Origin: a virus
Reading direction: 5' to 3' (one strand)
Virus record (IMG/VR): IMGVR_UViG_3300037247_001118
Coordinates: 1-64,000 of that record
DNA: 64,000 bases
Position numbers and translations under genes: made by a program. Of this stretch, positions 28,927-38,721 are shown one piece after another. Positions within the stretch are counted from its first letter, which is position 1, and every line of letters starts with the position of its first letter. Below the pieces are notes generated by a model. It was not told where the DNA came from and did no database searches. It saw nothing but the letters and a program-made list of their open reading frames with translations.

Positions 28927-29149
28927 CTTCAACACCTACGTCGATGACCGCCCCGGCACGGTGGCCGACAAGGACGCGATCAAGACAGGGGGCGCTACTC
29001 TCGCCCGTGCTGCTGTGGCTGAGGCGGTAGCCCACGCCAACAAGCACCTGAACGCCGTGATGGGCGACAACCCCGCCGACCTAGAGATGACAGGGCGGGT
29101 CTTCATGCTGCAACGCTACTTGGACTCAGTGGAGGCTTCTGATGGTTAG
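28907..29149 (+). CDS. Hypothetical protein (paralog of 29284-29571)
   Basis: [12 protein letters not shown]...AIK.GG..L resembles the downstream ORF. Confidence 0.55.
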   Translation: MLQSLADFNTYVDDRPGTVADKDAIKTGGATLARAAVAEAVAHANKHLNAVMGDNPADLEMTGRVFMLQRYLDSVEASDG

Positions 29150-29291
29150 GCTCCTGTGGCACAGGCACTTCGGTCATGGAAAGCGCCGACTCACGCCAGG
29201 TATAGATGATGGCTGGGGTAAGCCCAGGAACGCTTGGCCCCTCTGTCTCTGTGGAGTGGAACTCAAGTGGGAGCTGATGTCTAATGGCTAG
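29142..29291 (+). CDS. Small hypothetical protein (49 aa)
   Basis: GGAGG RBS, ATG 29142; overlaps both neighbours. Below the ORF-track cutoff. Confidence 0.4.
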   Translation: MVRLLWHRHFGHGKRRLTPGIDDGWGKPRNAWPLCLCGVELKWELMSNG

Positions 29292-29571
29292 TCCGGGCCT
29301 CGCCGCCTTCGACGCCTACGTGGACACCCGCTCGGCCACGAAAGCCGCCAAGGCGGCCCTGAAGGCCCGTGGCGAGCAACTGTACCTCGATGTCTACCGC
29401 GAACTGCCTGACCTTCTGGACAAGCTGGGCGATGCAGATGTTGCGGCGAACATTGGCGACGTTGACCTCGCCACCCGGCAGACGTTGTTCAAAGGCTGGT
29501 GGGCTGAGATGCGGGCTGAGGACGGCATGATCCAGCAGGATATCATCGACCGCTTAGAGGGCAAAGTCTGA
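29284..29571 (+). CDS. Hypothetical protein
   Basis: GLAAFDAYVDTR...ALKARGE.L. Confidence 0.6.
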   Translation: MASPGLAAFDAYVDTRSATKAAKAALKARGEQLYLDVYRELPDLLDKLGDADVAANIGDVDLATRQTLFKGWWAEMRAEDGMIQQDIIDRLEGKV

Positions 29572-30788
29572 TGGCTGATGTCGCAGTAGAAACAGGCGCG
29601 TTTGGGGCATCCCACATCAGGGCTCAGCGGTCAGGCCCCGTCTGGACCGATGAGAACACCGGCTACATATTCTTTATAAACAGCGCCAACGATGTGCGGT
29701 ATCGGAAAACCACAGATGGCGGCGCGAGCTGGGCTGCCTCTGTGCTGATTGACGGGACCACCGCGACTAGCCTAGATGTCTGGTTCGACAAGTGGACTCC
29801 GGGGGATAGCGGTACGCTCATCCACATCTGGTGGCTTGAAAGCTCTACCGACAATGTTCATTGGCGGAGTCTCGACACGTCATCCGACACGTTGGGGACT
29901 GATAGAACCGTCTTCAGTGGGGCGTCGTTTAGCAGCACTGCCAACAGGCAGTCCCACGCGATTAGTGGGACCAAGGCGGTAGGTGGCAATTTGTATGTGC
30001 AGTTCTGGGGGGATGCTCTTGGTGAGCAGGACTTCTATCGCTCGACTAACGGGGGGACGACGTGGACCAATCGCGCTTCCGGCGGAGATGGTAATGAAGT
30101 GGATGAGATTATTTGTCTTCCTGACGATGACGCTGCCGACAACCAAGACATTGTGATGATCTATTGGGATAGGTCGGCCAACGAGATCAGCATCAAGAAG
30201 TATGATGATTCTGGGGATTCGTGGAGCGAGACTTCTATCTCAGGCAGCATGTTCGACACGAACGCGATCATGCAGATGAGCGCAGTTGTGCGGCACTCGG
30301 ACGGCCATATCATTCTCGCTGCTTGGAGCAATCTGGATAACGCTACAGCCGACCTGAGGGTTTGGGACATCACCCTGGCTACCCCGACGATCACGGCGAA
30401 GACGGACGTGGTCACGGACTCCAGTGATTGTGTGGGAGCGGCCCTCTTTATTGACCAGAACAATGATGATCTCTACTGCGGCTACTTAGGGAATGAGGAC
30501 GGAAGCGAGACATGGCAGGGTGCTACGCCCAATGGCATCACGGCATTCCTCAAGAAGTCTATTGATGGCGCTGCTACATGGGGCGCGCAGACGGCTTACC
30601 AAGAGGCAGCGGCTGCCGATGCGAGATACATTGACGCAGGCCATTCTACTCCCGGCAGTGCGGCAGGGCGCTTCGAGCCGGTGTGGTTCGATGCTGACCT
30701 CTTTGACCTGTTCGTCAACAAGGTCAACTCGGTGGAGATCACGGTAGCGGTAGCAGGCTTCGCCCACAGCTATGCGGTGATCATCTGA
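29571..30788 (+). CDS. Sialidase/BNR-fold beta-propeller protein (putative receptor-binding or virion protein)
   Basis: Asp-boxes TTDGGASW, STNGGTTW, DDSGDSW and SIDGAATW; last gene of the structural module. Confidence 0.7.
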   Translation: MADVAVETGAFGASHIRAQRSGPVWTDENTGYIFFINSANDVRYRKTTDGGASWAASVLIDGTTATSLDVWFDKWTPGDSGTLIHIWWLESSTDNVHWRSLDTSSDTLGTDRTVFSGASFSSTANRQSHAISGTKAVGGNLYVQFWGDALGEQDFYRSTNGGTTWTNRASGGDGNEVDEIICLPDDDAADNQDIVMIYWDRSANEISIKKYDDSGDSWSETSISGSMFDTNAIMQMSAVVRHSDGHIILAAWSNLDNATADLRVWDITLATPTITAKTDVVTDSSDCVGAALFIDQNNDDLYCGYLGNEDGSETWQGATPNGITAFLKKSIDGAATWGAQTAYQEAAAADARYIDAGHSTPGSAAGRFEPVWFDADLFDLFVNKVNSVEITVAVAGFAHSYAVII

Positions 30789-30802
30789 TGGGCGCGCGTG
30801 AG

Positions 30803-30838
30803 CATTGTCTTGACAATGATTAACACCTGTGCTATGCT
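30803..30838 (+). promoter_or_regulatory. Sigma70-type promoter with TGATTAA box
   Basis: TTGACA(30810)-17 nt-TATGCT(30833); TGATTAA at 30817; CATTGTC-TT-GACAATG palindrome over the -35. Confidence 0.75.
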
Positions 30839-30879
30839 CAGCATGTGACCCAATACGTCCACACTGTAGGAGGAGACAC

Positions 30880-31950
30880 ATGAAGGTAGCAGACTTCGGG
30901 GCGTTCGTGCGCCTCACAGCACTCGCGGACCTTGACCCCGGCGCGGCCCAGCTCGGATTCAGAGGCAAGCCGCGGCTGCTCGCTTGGTATCAGGGGCAGC
31001 ACCTTGGCGCGGTAACTGCTGCTGAGAGCGCTGTCACCATCAAAGGGCTCTCGGGCGAGAACGCATCCTGTGCCGTTGATACAGTACGCCTCGCAGCCGC
31101 GCTGCGGCTCTTCCCCGACGCCGACGCGCCACTCACGGTGACGTTCACACCGCCGGACCTGACGCTCTCTGTACCGGGCATGCGCCTCGCGCTCCGCACG
31201 ATAGCGGACTCCACACCGCCTCAGATGGGCAGTAAGGGTGCCGACCAGATGTTCACCGTCGCCGAGACCGACCGGGCGTTGCTGAGCACGGCTCTGGGCA
31301 TCCTCAGCGACGTGTCGGGAACGCGTCCGCTCAAGCCGGTGCTAGCCGGCACGCTGGCGTCCGTCAAGGATGGCACGCTACGGCTGGCAGCGACGGACGC
31401 CATATCGGCTGCCATCGTGGAGATACCAGTTGAGGGTGCAGACGGTGACTACGGTATCATCCCCATCGCTGACCTACGCGCTGCGTTGGCTACCTTTGGC
31501 GACGAGAAGCTGAAAGTCGGCTTGCAGGGCGGGCGTGTTGACCTAACGTGTGGTAGGACGCGGATCCGGCTGGCGCTGTTCAACGACACGTTCCCCGACA
31601 TCCTAGCCGCTACGCCAGCGAAATACGCACAGATCGTTGAGCTCTCGGCGCAAGCTGTCGCTACAGCAGCCAAGGCTGCGACGGTACTGGGCACCACATC
31701 ACAGGTGATACTCAAGGCGAGGCAGGGTAAGATCGTACTCCTAGTCAACACCCAGGAGGTCGGCTCCTTCCAGACGGTCGGTGGCGCCGGCGCACTGGAC
31801 TGCGAGCTCACGCTCGGCAGTAGCTATTTGGAGAAGGCTCGCGCGTTCGGTGACACGCTCAAGCTACACCTGAACGACGCGAAGTCAACGATCATGATCG
31901 AGGGCGAGCACCCCGGCTGGCGCTACTGGCTTGCGCCGATATCGCGCTAG
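30880..31950 (+). CDS. DNA polymerase III beta sliding clamp-like protein
   Basis: PVLAG...LRLAATD, F.DTFPD and C-terminal YWLAP pattern of DnaN; ~356 aa; ATG 30880 after AGGAGGAG. Confidence 0.7.
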   Translation: MKVADFGAFVRLTALADLDPGAAQLGFRGKPRLLAWYQGQHLGAVTAAESAVTIKGLSGENASCAVDTVRLAAALRLFPDADAPLTVTFTPPDLTLSVPGMRLALRTIADSTPPQMGSKGADQMFTVAETDRALLSTALGILSDVSGTRPLKPVLAGTLASVKDGTLRLAATDAISAAIVEIPVEGADGDYGIIPIADLRAALATFGDEKLKVGLQGGRVDLTCGRTRIRLALFNDTFPDILAATPAKYAQIVELSAQAVATAAKAATVLGTTSQVILKARQGKIVLLVNTQEVGSFQTVGGAGALDCELTLGSSYLEKARAFGDTLKLHLNDAKSTIMIEGEHPGWRYWLAPISR

Positions 31951-31958
31951 CCCACTGA

Positions 31959-33338
31959 ATGTCTGATCTCTACCCCTATCAGACGCGGGCGGCCCAGAAG
32001 CTCATTCGGCTGGACGGGCGTGGCGGCCTCTTTCTCGATATGGGTACTGGCAAGACGCGCACGGCACTAGCCATCGCCTGGCACCTCCGCTGTCGCAGGC
32101 TCCTCATCGTAGTCCCGCTCTCAGCAGTCGGCGTGTGGCAGGCAGAGGCTGCACTCTTCTGGCCGAAGCTACGCGTGTGCGACGCCACAGTAGGCACCAT
32201 CGCCAAGCGTGCCGCCTGCGTTCAGGAGGGCGAGTGCCACGCATACCTCGTCGGCTACGAGACGTTCTGGCGCGAGCCGCTGCGGAGCGCGATCCTGAAG
32301 TGGCATCCCCACATGGTGATCTACGACGAGGCCCACCGGCTCAAGGGGCGGTCGTCGAAGCAGTCGCGGTTCGCCGGGCGGCTGGTGGAGATCGTGCCCC
32401 GGCGCCTTGCGCTGACGGGGACGCCGATGCCGAACGGGCCCGAGGACCTGTATGGCCTCTACCGCGCCATCGACCCCGCCATCTTCGGCTCGCGTTGGGC
32501 GGACTTCGAGCGCCAGTACCTCATAAAAGGCGGCTACCTCAACTACCAGACGGTAGGCTACAGGAACGTCCACGAGATCAAGCAGAAGCTGAGGGCTACC
32601 TCGGCGCGGGTAACGAAGGCGAACGCGCTGGACCTCCCGCCGCAGGTCGACGTCACCGTGCCGGTCACGCTCGACCGCGCTACGCGCGAGCTCTACGATG
32701 AGATGCGCAAGAAGGCCATCGCCGAAGTAGAGGGCTACGCCGGTGGCAAGACGGTCGCCGGCATCACACTGGCGCGGAGCGTGCTGACGAACATCCTCCG
32801 GCTACAGACCATCACGGGCGGCTGGACGAAGCTGGCCAGCGGCGAGATCGTGGACCTGTCCTACGAGAAGCAGAAGCTGCTCCTGGACCTGCTCAGCGAC
32901 GCCGTACCACAGGTTGGTCGCGTGGTCATCTTCTGCCGTTTCCGCCACGACATCGACCGGCTGACCGAGGCGCTGATGGGTAAGGAGTACACCTTCGTCC
33001 TGGACGGGCGGACGCCTCCTGCGGCTCGGGCGGAGCTGCTGGACAAGTTCCGTGCTGTCAAGTATGGGTATCTCATCGCACAGGTCGCTGTCGCATCACT
33101 CAGCATCGACTTGACATGCTCGCATCTAGGAGTGTTCTACAGCAGCGACTACAGCTTCGCCAATTACGAGCAGTGCCGCAATCGCCTCCACAGACACGGG
33201 CAGGAGCAGAAGGTCACCTACCACTCGCTCGTCGCCACAGACACGGTTGACGAGCGCATCTACAAGGCGCTCCAGGACAAGGCCGAGCTGTCGAAGTCGA
33301 TCCTGGACGTAGACTCGGCGAGGGAGCTGTTCGGGTGA
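31959..33338 (+). CDS. SNF2-family helicase
   Basis: DMGTGKT, DEAH, LTGTP, IFCRF and Q...R.HR.GQ motifs. Confidence 0.92.
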   Translation: MSDLYPYQTRAAQKLIRLDGRGGLFLDMGTGKTRTALAIAWHLRCRRLLIVVPLSAVGVWQAEAALFWPKLRVCDATVGTIAKRAACVQEGECHAYLVGYETFWREPLRSAILKWHPHMVIYDEAHRLKGRSSKQSRFAGRLVEIVPRRLALTGTPMPNGPEDLYGLYRAIDPAIFGSRWADFERQYLIKGGYLNYQTVGYRNVHEIKQKLRATSARVTKANALDLPPQVDVTVPVTLDRATRELYDEMRKKAIAEVEGYAGGKTVAGITLARSVLTNILRLQTITGGWTKLASGEIVDLSYEKQKLLLDLLSDAVPQVGRVVIFCRFRHDIDRLTEALMGKEYTFVLDGRTPPAARAELLDKFRAVKYGYLIAQVAVASLSIDLTCSHLGVFYSSDYSFANYEQCRNRLHRHGQEQKVTYHSLVATDTVDERIYKALQDKAELSKSILDVDSARELFG

Positions 33339-34036
33339 AACCCTACTATCAAGACGCCTCCGTGAAAATCTACCATGCGGATTGCCGCGAGATGCTCGCC
33401 GCGATGAAGCCGAGCAGCGTTGATCTGGTGCTGACGGACCCTCCGTATGGCGTGCAGCGGGATAAGGGGTTCGGGGGGTTCGGGGGGTTCGGGGGGTTCG
33501 GGAAGCCGATAGCCCGGCGACAATACGGCGATGATTGGGACGTCGCACGACCAGATGCCACATGCTTCGCAGCCATCGTTGCGGTGGGGAAGCAGACCAT
33601 CGTTTTCGGCGGGAACTTCTTCGCCGATCTGCTGCCACCATCCACACACTGGATCGTGTGGGACAAGCTCAACACCATGCCCACCTTTGGCGATTGTGAG
33701 CTGCTGTGGACGAACGTGGATCGTAAGTCAGTGAAGAAGGTAACGGTACAGTACAACGGGCTGCTGGGGAAGGAGCAGCATCGTTGGCACCCAACACAGA
33801 AGCCTCTGAAGTTGCTGCATTGGTGCGTTGACCACTACTCAGCGGTCGGAGACCGCATCCTCGATCCCTTCATGGGCTCAGGTACGACGCTCCGTGCCGC
33901 AAAGGACTTAGGCCGGAAGGCTGTCGGCATCGAGATCGAAGAACGCTACTGCGAGGTCGCTGCCAAACGCATGGAGCAGAGCACGTTGGGATTCGCTCTT
34001 GACCAAGCAGACACAGAGGATCAGGAGGAGGAATGA
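33335..34036 (+). CDS. DNA N6-adenine/N4-cytosine methyltransferase (beta class)
   Basis: TDPPYG, HPTQKP and LDPFMGSGTT motifs; GTG start. Confidence 0.92.
   Translation: MKPYYQDASVKIYHADCREMLAAMKPSSVDLVLTDPPYGVQRDKGFGGFGGFGGFGKPIARRQYGDDWDVARPDATCFAAIVAVGKQTIVFGGNFFADLLPPSTHWIVWDKLNTMPTFGDCELLWTNVDRKSVKKVTVQYNGLLGKEQHRWHPTQKPLKLLHWCVDHYSAVGDRILDPFMGSGTTLRAAKDLGRKAVGIEIEERYCEVAAKRMEQSTLGFALDQADTEDQEEE
33466..33501 (+). repeat. 9-bp tandem repeat (GGGGTTCGG x4) encoding GFGGFGGFGGFG
   Basis: Directly visible in the sequence. Confidence 0.85.
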
Positions 34037-36453
34037 CCCTCCGCTTCGACCCAGCCTGTACGCGGTGCCTGCTCTCTGCGTGCCCACGCTCGGCTGGCGC
34101 ACACGTCTGCGTCCCCGGCATGGGCGCTGTCCCGTCCGGCATCCTGGCCTACGGTGAGGCGCCAGGGGCCAAGGAGGAACAGGATGGACTTCCCTTCCAG
34201 GGGAACGCCGGTGGGCTGCTGGACGAGATTCTCGGCATGGCCGGCATGACGCGCAGCGATCTCTACATCGGCAACGTAGCGCGGTGCCGGCCTCCGGGGA
34301 ACCGCAATCCCAGCACCGACGAGTTGGAAGCCTGTCGGCTCTACACGTCGCGGGAGCTTGAGGCGGTCCAGCCGAAGGTGATCGTCTCACTCGGTGGCGT
34401 GCCGCTGAAGGCACTCACCGGCAAGACAGCCATCGGCGAGAACCGGGGCAAGCTGCTCCCGCTGCTGCCCGCCTACCGCTCGAACGTCCGCGTCATCCCA
34501 TCCTACCACCCGGCGTCGATCCTGCACCAGCCGTCGATCCGCGCCGTGCGGATGCAGCAGATCGCCGACGACCTGAAGCTGGCCAAGAAGTTCACGACCG
34601 GCGGCGTGTGGGACGCGACGATAGTGATCAACCCCGCGAAGGTGCCGAAGGCGCTCGACCTGCTACAGCGCTGCGACCGCCTAGCCTGCGATCTCGAATG
34701 GGAGGTGTTCCCGGGACGGAAGACGACCTGGCCCTGGTCGCGGCAGGATGGAGGCGCGCCGCGGCTGGTGAGCTATGGCCTCGCGGGGCGTGTGGACGGG
34801 CGGCTGCTGGCGTGCTCGTTTGACGCCGCCGACACTCCCGATCTTGTCAAGGAGATGCTGGCACGGATACCCACTATCTACCACAACGCTGTCGCCGACG
34901 TAATCTGGCTGCTCTCTCGTGGCATCCACCCGATCATCGCTGGCGACACCTGGATTCGCGCCTTCCTCCTGAACATCCAGTCGTCGCTGAGCCTCAAGGC
35001 GCTCGCACCGACGCTGACCTCGGTCCCCGCCGGCTGGGGCGACGAGATGGGAGACCTGCTCGGGAAAGTGCCGGAGACGCCCGAGGAGTGGCAGCAGACC
35101 AAGGAGTACAACGCCAAGGACGCGGTGGCCACGTTCTTGCTTGACGAGGAGCTTGAGACGCGCTCGGAGGGGAAGCCGTTCATGCCCCTGTACCGTGAGG
35201 TCCTGCTGCCAGCCGCTCTGCGCCTGTCGGAGGCCAGCCTCGCCGGCGTCCCGTTCGACACCAAGCGGCTGCACGAGCTGGCGGAGGCGGCGAAGGGGCG
35301 CATCGAGACGCTGACCGCACGGATCCGTGACACGGTGGGGAGTTCGCGGCAATCAGATATCGCTCACGCCGTCGAGCGCGTTGCGGGAATTATGCTACCA
35401 CGGACGGAGAAGACGCAGCAGCCCTCAATAGCCGAGGAGGCGCTGTTGCCGTACCGGGATCGGCATCCGTTAGTGAAGGACATACTCACCGCCGGCAAGC
35501 TCAAGAAACTGGACGGGACGTATCTGCGCCCGTGGGGGCAGTCGCTTGCGGAACAGGGCGACCACCGGCTCCATACCCTCTACCGCCTTGCCGGGCCACG
35601 CACCGGGCGGACGGCGGCTGAGCAGGAGCAGGGCGGTACAGTCCAGCAGTACCCCCGCTGGCAGCCGCTGAGGGAGTGTGTCAAGGTACCAGACGGCTGG
35701 AAGCTGATCTCCGCCGATCAATCAATGATAGAGATGCGTATTGCGGCTTGGATAGCACAAGACCAGCAGCTACTCGCATTCTTTCAGGAAGGGCGCGATG
35801 TCCACGTCTGTACTGCCTCATGGATCAGAGCTCTTGCGGCTGGCTGCTCGCTGGCCGAGTGGAAGCGAGATATGGATGCGTGGATGGCCAAGGTGACAGC
35901 CGCCGATAGGTACGCAGCGAAGGCGCCCAACTTCGGCTTCCTTTTCGGGCTACGCGAGGAGGGATTCATCAAGCAGGCACTGAAGAAGTACGGCATCACC
36001 TTCACGATGGACACCGCTGCTCAGGCACGGGCTGGCTACTTTGAGCTGTACGCCGACCTTCTGTCCTGGCACGAGGACTCGTGGAAGTGGGTACACCTGG
36101 GCTACGTGGACACTGCCACGGGGCGGCGGCGGATGCTCGGCGGCGAGGACGAGAACGCGCTGCACCGGAAGGCGATCAACACTCCGATCCAGGGACCGGC
36201 GTCGGACCTCTCAATTGCAGGTGGCGTCAAGGCCTGCCAGCGACTTGAGGACGAGGGGCTACTGGGAGACTCCGTGCTCTACCTCGGCTTCATTCACGAC
36301 GACAACCTCTTTATGGCCAAGGACGCGGCCGTGCCGGGAGCCGTCGAGATCATCGAGCACGAGATGGAGCACCCCGGCCTGGACCGCATTGGCATGGGCG
36401 ACTTCGACGTGCCGCTGGTGGTCAAAGCTAAGGTCGGACAGACGTGGAGTTGA
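34033..36453 (+). CDS. Family A DNA polymerase with N-terminal family-4 uracil-DNA glycosylase domain
   Basis: UDG motifs CxxC, GEAPG, PFQG.AG, CRPP.NR and YHPA. Exonuclease motifs DLE, HN...D and Y...D. Polymerase motifs ADQS.IE.R, R..AK..NFG and HDD. Confidence 0.92.
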   Translation: MTLRFDPACTRCLLSACPRSAGAHVCVPGMGAVPSGILAYGEAPGAKEEQDGLPFQGNAGGLLDEILGMAGMTRSDLYIGNVARCRPPGNRNPSTDELEACRLYTSRELEAVQPKVIVSLGGVPLKALTGKTAIGENRGKLLPLLPAYRSNVRVIPSYHPASILHQPSIRAVRMQQIADDLKLAKKFTTGGVWDATIVINPAKVPKALDLLQRCDRLACDLEWEVFPGRKTTWPWSRQDGGAPRLVSYGLAGRVDGRLLACSFDAADTPDLVKEMLARIPTIYHNAVADVIWLLSRGIHPIIAGDTWIRAFLLNIQSSLSLKALAPTLTSVPAGWGDEMGDLLGKVPETPEEWQQTKEYNAKDAVATFLLDEELETRSEGKPFMPLYREVLLPAALRLSEASLAGVPFDTKRLHELAEAAKGRIETLTARIRDTVGSSRQSDIAHAVERVAGIMLPRTEKTQQPSIAEEALLPYRDRHPLVKDILTAGKLKKLDGTYLRPWGQSLAEQGDHRLHTLYRLAGPRTGRTAAEQEQGGTVQQYPRWQPLRECVKVPDGWKLISADQSMIEMRIAAWIAQDQQLLAFFQEGRDVHVCTASWIRALAAGCSLAEWKRDMDAWMAKVTAADRYAAKAPNFGFLFGLREEGFIKQALKKYGITFTMDTAAQARAGYFELYADLLSWHEDSWKWVHLGYVDTATGRRRMLGGEDENALHRKAINTPIQGPASDLSIAGGVKACQRLEDEGLLGDSVLYLGFIHDDNLFMAKDAAVPGAVEIIEHEMEHPGLDRIGMGDFDVPLVVKAKVGQTWS

Positions 36454-36484
36454 CAACAGTGGGCGCGGTGCCGTATGATTAACA
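36450..36484 (+). promoter_or_regulatory. Promoter with TGATTAA box
   Basis: TTGACA(36450)-18 nt-TATGAT(36474), overlapping TGATTAACAC. Confidence 0.65.
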
Positions 36485-36507
36485 CACATGTACAGGAGGA
36501 GGAGAGA

Positions 36508-36843
36508 ATGATGAAATTCTGTCTATATCGCTGGGGCTTCGCATTGGGGACTAAACGCTGGAGCTACTACATCACTTGGCGTCGAGGCAGCCTCGGCTTT
36601 CACATCGGTCACCTTCAGTTGGTCACCCTATGGTACTGGAAGCCACGATGGCCGCACTTCCTTGACACAGAGCGATTTGTGCAGCGGCTTCTCGGCTCCA
36701 ATGGGCGCTGGACCTCGCGCAATATGAAGCTATCGGTGTGGCCAGTCATCGTCAGCCTTTATTGGCACGCAACCTGCCCCGGCTGTGTCAAGGAATACAG
36801 CCTGGATTACGACGTGTACCAGCAGCTCCAAGAGAGCCGGTAG
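36508..36843 (+). CDS. Hypothetical Trp-rich protein
   Basis: ATG after AGGAGGAGGAGAG. Confidence 0.55.
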   Translation: MMKFCLYRWGFALGTKRWSYYITWRRGSLGFHIGHLQLVTLWYWKPRWPHFLDTERFVQRLLGSNGRWTSRNMKLSVWPVIVSLYWHATCPGCVKEYSLDYDVYQQLQESR

Positions 36844-36854
36844 GAGGAGGTCAA

Positions 36855-37892
36855 TTGAGGATCACATTCTCATCTGCCACTAGCTGGCGGCGCTGCCAGC
36901 AGGCTTACTTCTACGAGTACGTCGAAGGGCTCAAGCCGAAGCAGGAGTTCGCGCCACCGCTCCAACTGGGGCGTGTGGTTCACCGCTACCTTGAGAGCTT
37001 CTACGGGGCGCTGATCTCCAAGCGGAAGACGCCAATCAAGCCGTCGACGCGCCACGCCAACGCGCTCATGCAGATCGACCACGAGTTCACCGAGCCGACG
37101 CGGCAGCTCGCCGTCGCGGCACAGGTGGCCGGCGAGGACGAGCTCGGCAAGGAACTGCTCGGGCTGGTACCGAAGGCGGCGCGGCTCTGCCAGGCGTACT
37201 TCGAGCTGCGCGGCGGCCGCGACACGCATCGCGTTCTCTTATGTGAGGAGTACGTCCGGTTCCCGCTCACCGACAAGGACGAGGTAGTGGCCGTCATCGA
37301 CCTGGTGACACAGGACGAAGACGGCAGCGTATACATCTGGGAGCACAAGACGACCAAGAACGTGCCCATGCAGGGACGGCGCCTACGCGACCTACAGACG
37401 ATCCTCGGCGCGGTGCTCCTGGAGGAAGTGCATGGTCTGAAGCCGGTCGGTGTCATCTGGAATTACTTCCGCACGCAGGAGCCCACTGAGCCGCGGCTGC
37501 TCAAGGACGGTACGCTAAGCCGGGCGAAGCAGGACACTACGTGGCGGGCGTACGAGCGGGCGCTCCAGGCTCACCAGCTCGACCACGCTGACTACAAGGA
37601 GATGTATCACATCCTGGCCGACAAGGAGGAGAAGGTCTTCTTCCCGCGCATGCAGATGCAGCTCTTCCAGTCGGAGGCGGTGCTGCTGCGCGACCTCCTC
37701 TCGACATGCGGCGAGATTCGCGCAGCCGTCAGCGATCCGGGATTCGTCCCGGTGCGGAACATCGGACAGAACTGCGACTGGTGTCGCTTCAACAAAGTCT
37801 GCGAGGCGGCGCTGCTGGGCGGAGACGAGGCCGAGCTCAAGAGAATGCTGTTCGTAGCGAAGGGAGTACGAGATGGCTACAGCGCCGACTAG
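36855..37892 (+). CDS. PD-(D/E)XK exonuclease (Cas4/RecB-like)
   Basis: S.S...W..C, G..VH, IDLV...WEHKT and C..C.....C motifs; TTG start after AGGAGGAGG. Confidence 0.88.
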   Translation: MRITFSSATSWRRCQQAYFYEYVEGLKPKQEFAPPLQLGRVVHRYLESFYGALISKRKTPIKPSTRHANALMQIDHEFTEPTRQLAVAAQVAGEDELGKELLGLVPKAARLCQAYFELRGGRDTHRVLLCEEYVRFPLTDKDEVVAVIDLVTQDEDGSVYIWEHKTTKNVPMQGRRLRDLQTILGAVLLEEVHGLKPVGVIWNYFRTQEPTEPRLLKDGTLSRAKQDTTWRAYERALQAHQLDHADYKEMYHILADKEEKVFFPRMQMQLFQSEAVLLRDLLSTCGEIRAAVSDPGFVPVRNIGQNCDWCRFNKVCEAALLGGDEAELKRMLFVAKGVRDGYSAD

Positions 37893-38691
37893 CGCATCGA
37901 AAAGCATCGCCGACAGGATCGCCAAGCCGTCGGGGCAGATGGGGTATGTGGGAGCGACGATCTTCGGCAAGGGAGGCGTAGGCAAAACGACGCTCCTGGG
38001 AACTATGCCGGGAATGGGCGTCGTCATCGACATCCCGCAAGTCGAGGGAGGCACCTGCGTCCTGGTGGATCAGGTTGACCACGTGCGCGTCCTGCCCGTC
38101 ACGACCTGGGATGATCTGGACGCTGCCCACAAGTACCTCCGCGACGAGAAGCATGGCTTCAAATGGTACGCCATTGACACGGTCACGGCCACGCAGGAGT
38201 TGGCGAAGCGAAAGACGCTGAAGGAACGTGATCTCTCGGGTGACCCGCGCATCATTGATCGGCAGGACTGGGGCAAGATCGGCGAGTTGCAGAAGTCGCT
38301 GTTCTACAGCTTCCGCTCCCTGCCGATGCACGGCATCTTCCTTGCGCAGGAGAAGTTGCGTGAGGGCGGCGAGGGTGGTGCGCTTGAGTACCAGCCCGAC
38401 GTATCGCCGGCGTCCCTGAGTGGACTGGTGCCCTCCATGTTCTTGATCGGTCGCATGTTCACGCGGGAGATCGAAGACCCGAAGGCAAAGGAATTGGTGA
38501 TAGAGAGGAGGCTGCGAGTCGGCACACAGACGCTGTCGGTTGCCAAGGTTCGAGCACTACCCACCCGACAGCTTCCCCCGGTGCTCAAGAATCCGCACCT
38601 AGGCCGGATCTTCGCCTGGCTACTCGGGAGCCCGAAAGCGACGTGCCCCGAGGCAGCAGGCGCAGACCCGGACCTGTTCGCTGGCGGCTAG
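37873..38691 (+). CDS. AAA_24/Sak4-like recombination ATPase
   Basis: GKGGVGKTT, IDT.T and DWG motifs; lies between the exonuclease and SSB genes. Confidence 0.82.
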   Translation: MATAPTSASKSIADRIAKPSGQMGYVGATIFGKGGVGKTTLLGTMPGMGVVIDIPQVEGGTCVLVDQVDHVRVLPVTTWDDLDAAHKYLRDEKHGFKWYAIDTVTATQELAKRKTLKERDLSGDPRIIDRQDWGKIGELQKSLFYSFRSLPMHGIFLAQEKLREGGEGGALEYQPDVSPASLSGLVPSMFLIGRMFTREIEDPKAKELVIERRLRVGTQTLSVAKVRALPTRQLPPVLKNPHLGRIFAWLLGSPKATCPEAAGADPDLFAGG

Positions 38692-38721
38692 CCACAAGAG
38701 GGATTCACAGAAGGAGACACT

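Noticed and set aside
33466-33501. GGGGTTCGG x4 as a phase-variation switch in the methylase
   Set aside because: The unit length is a multiple of three, so copy-number change keeps the frame. The G6 runs could slip, but nothing here shows that they do.
36855-37892. Cas4-like gene as evidence of a CRISPR-Cas system
   Set aside because: It sits in a standard exonuclease-ATPase-SSB recombination module; no other cas genes or array.
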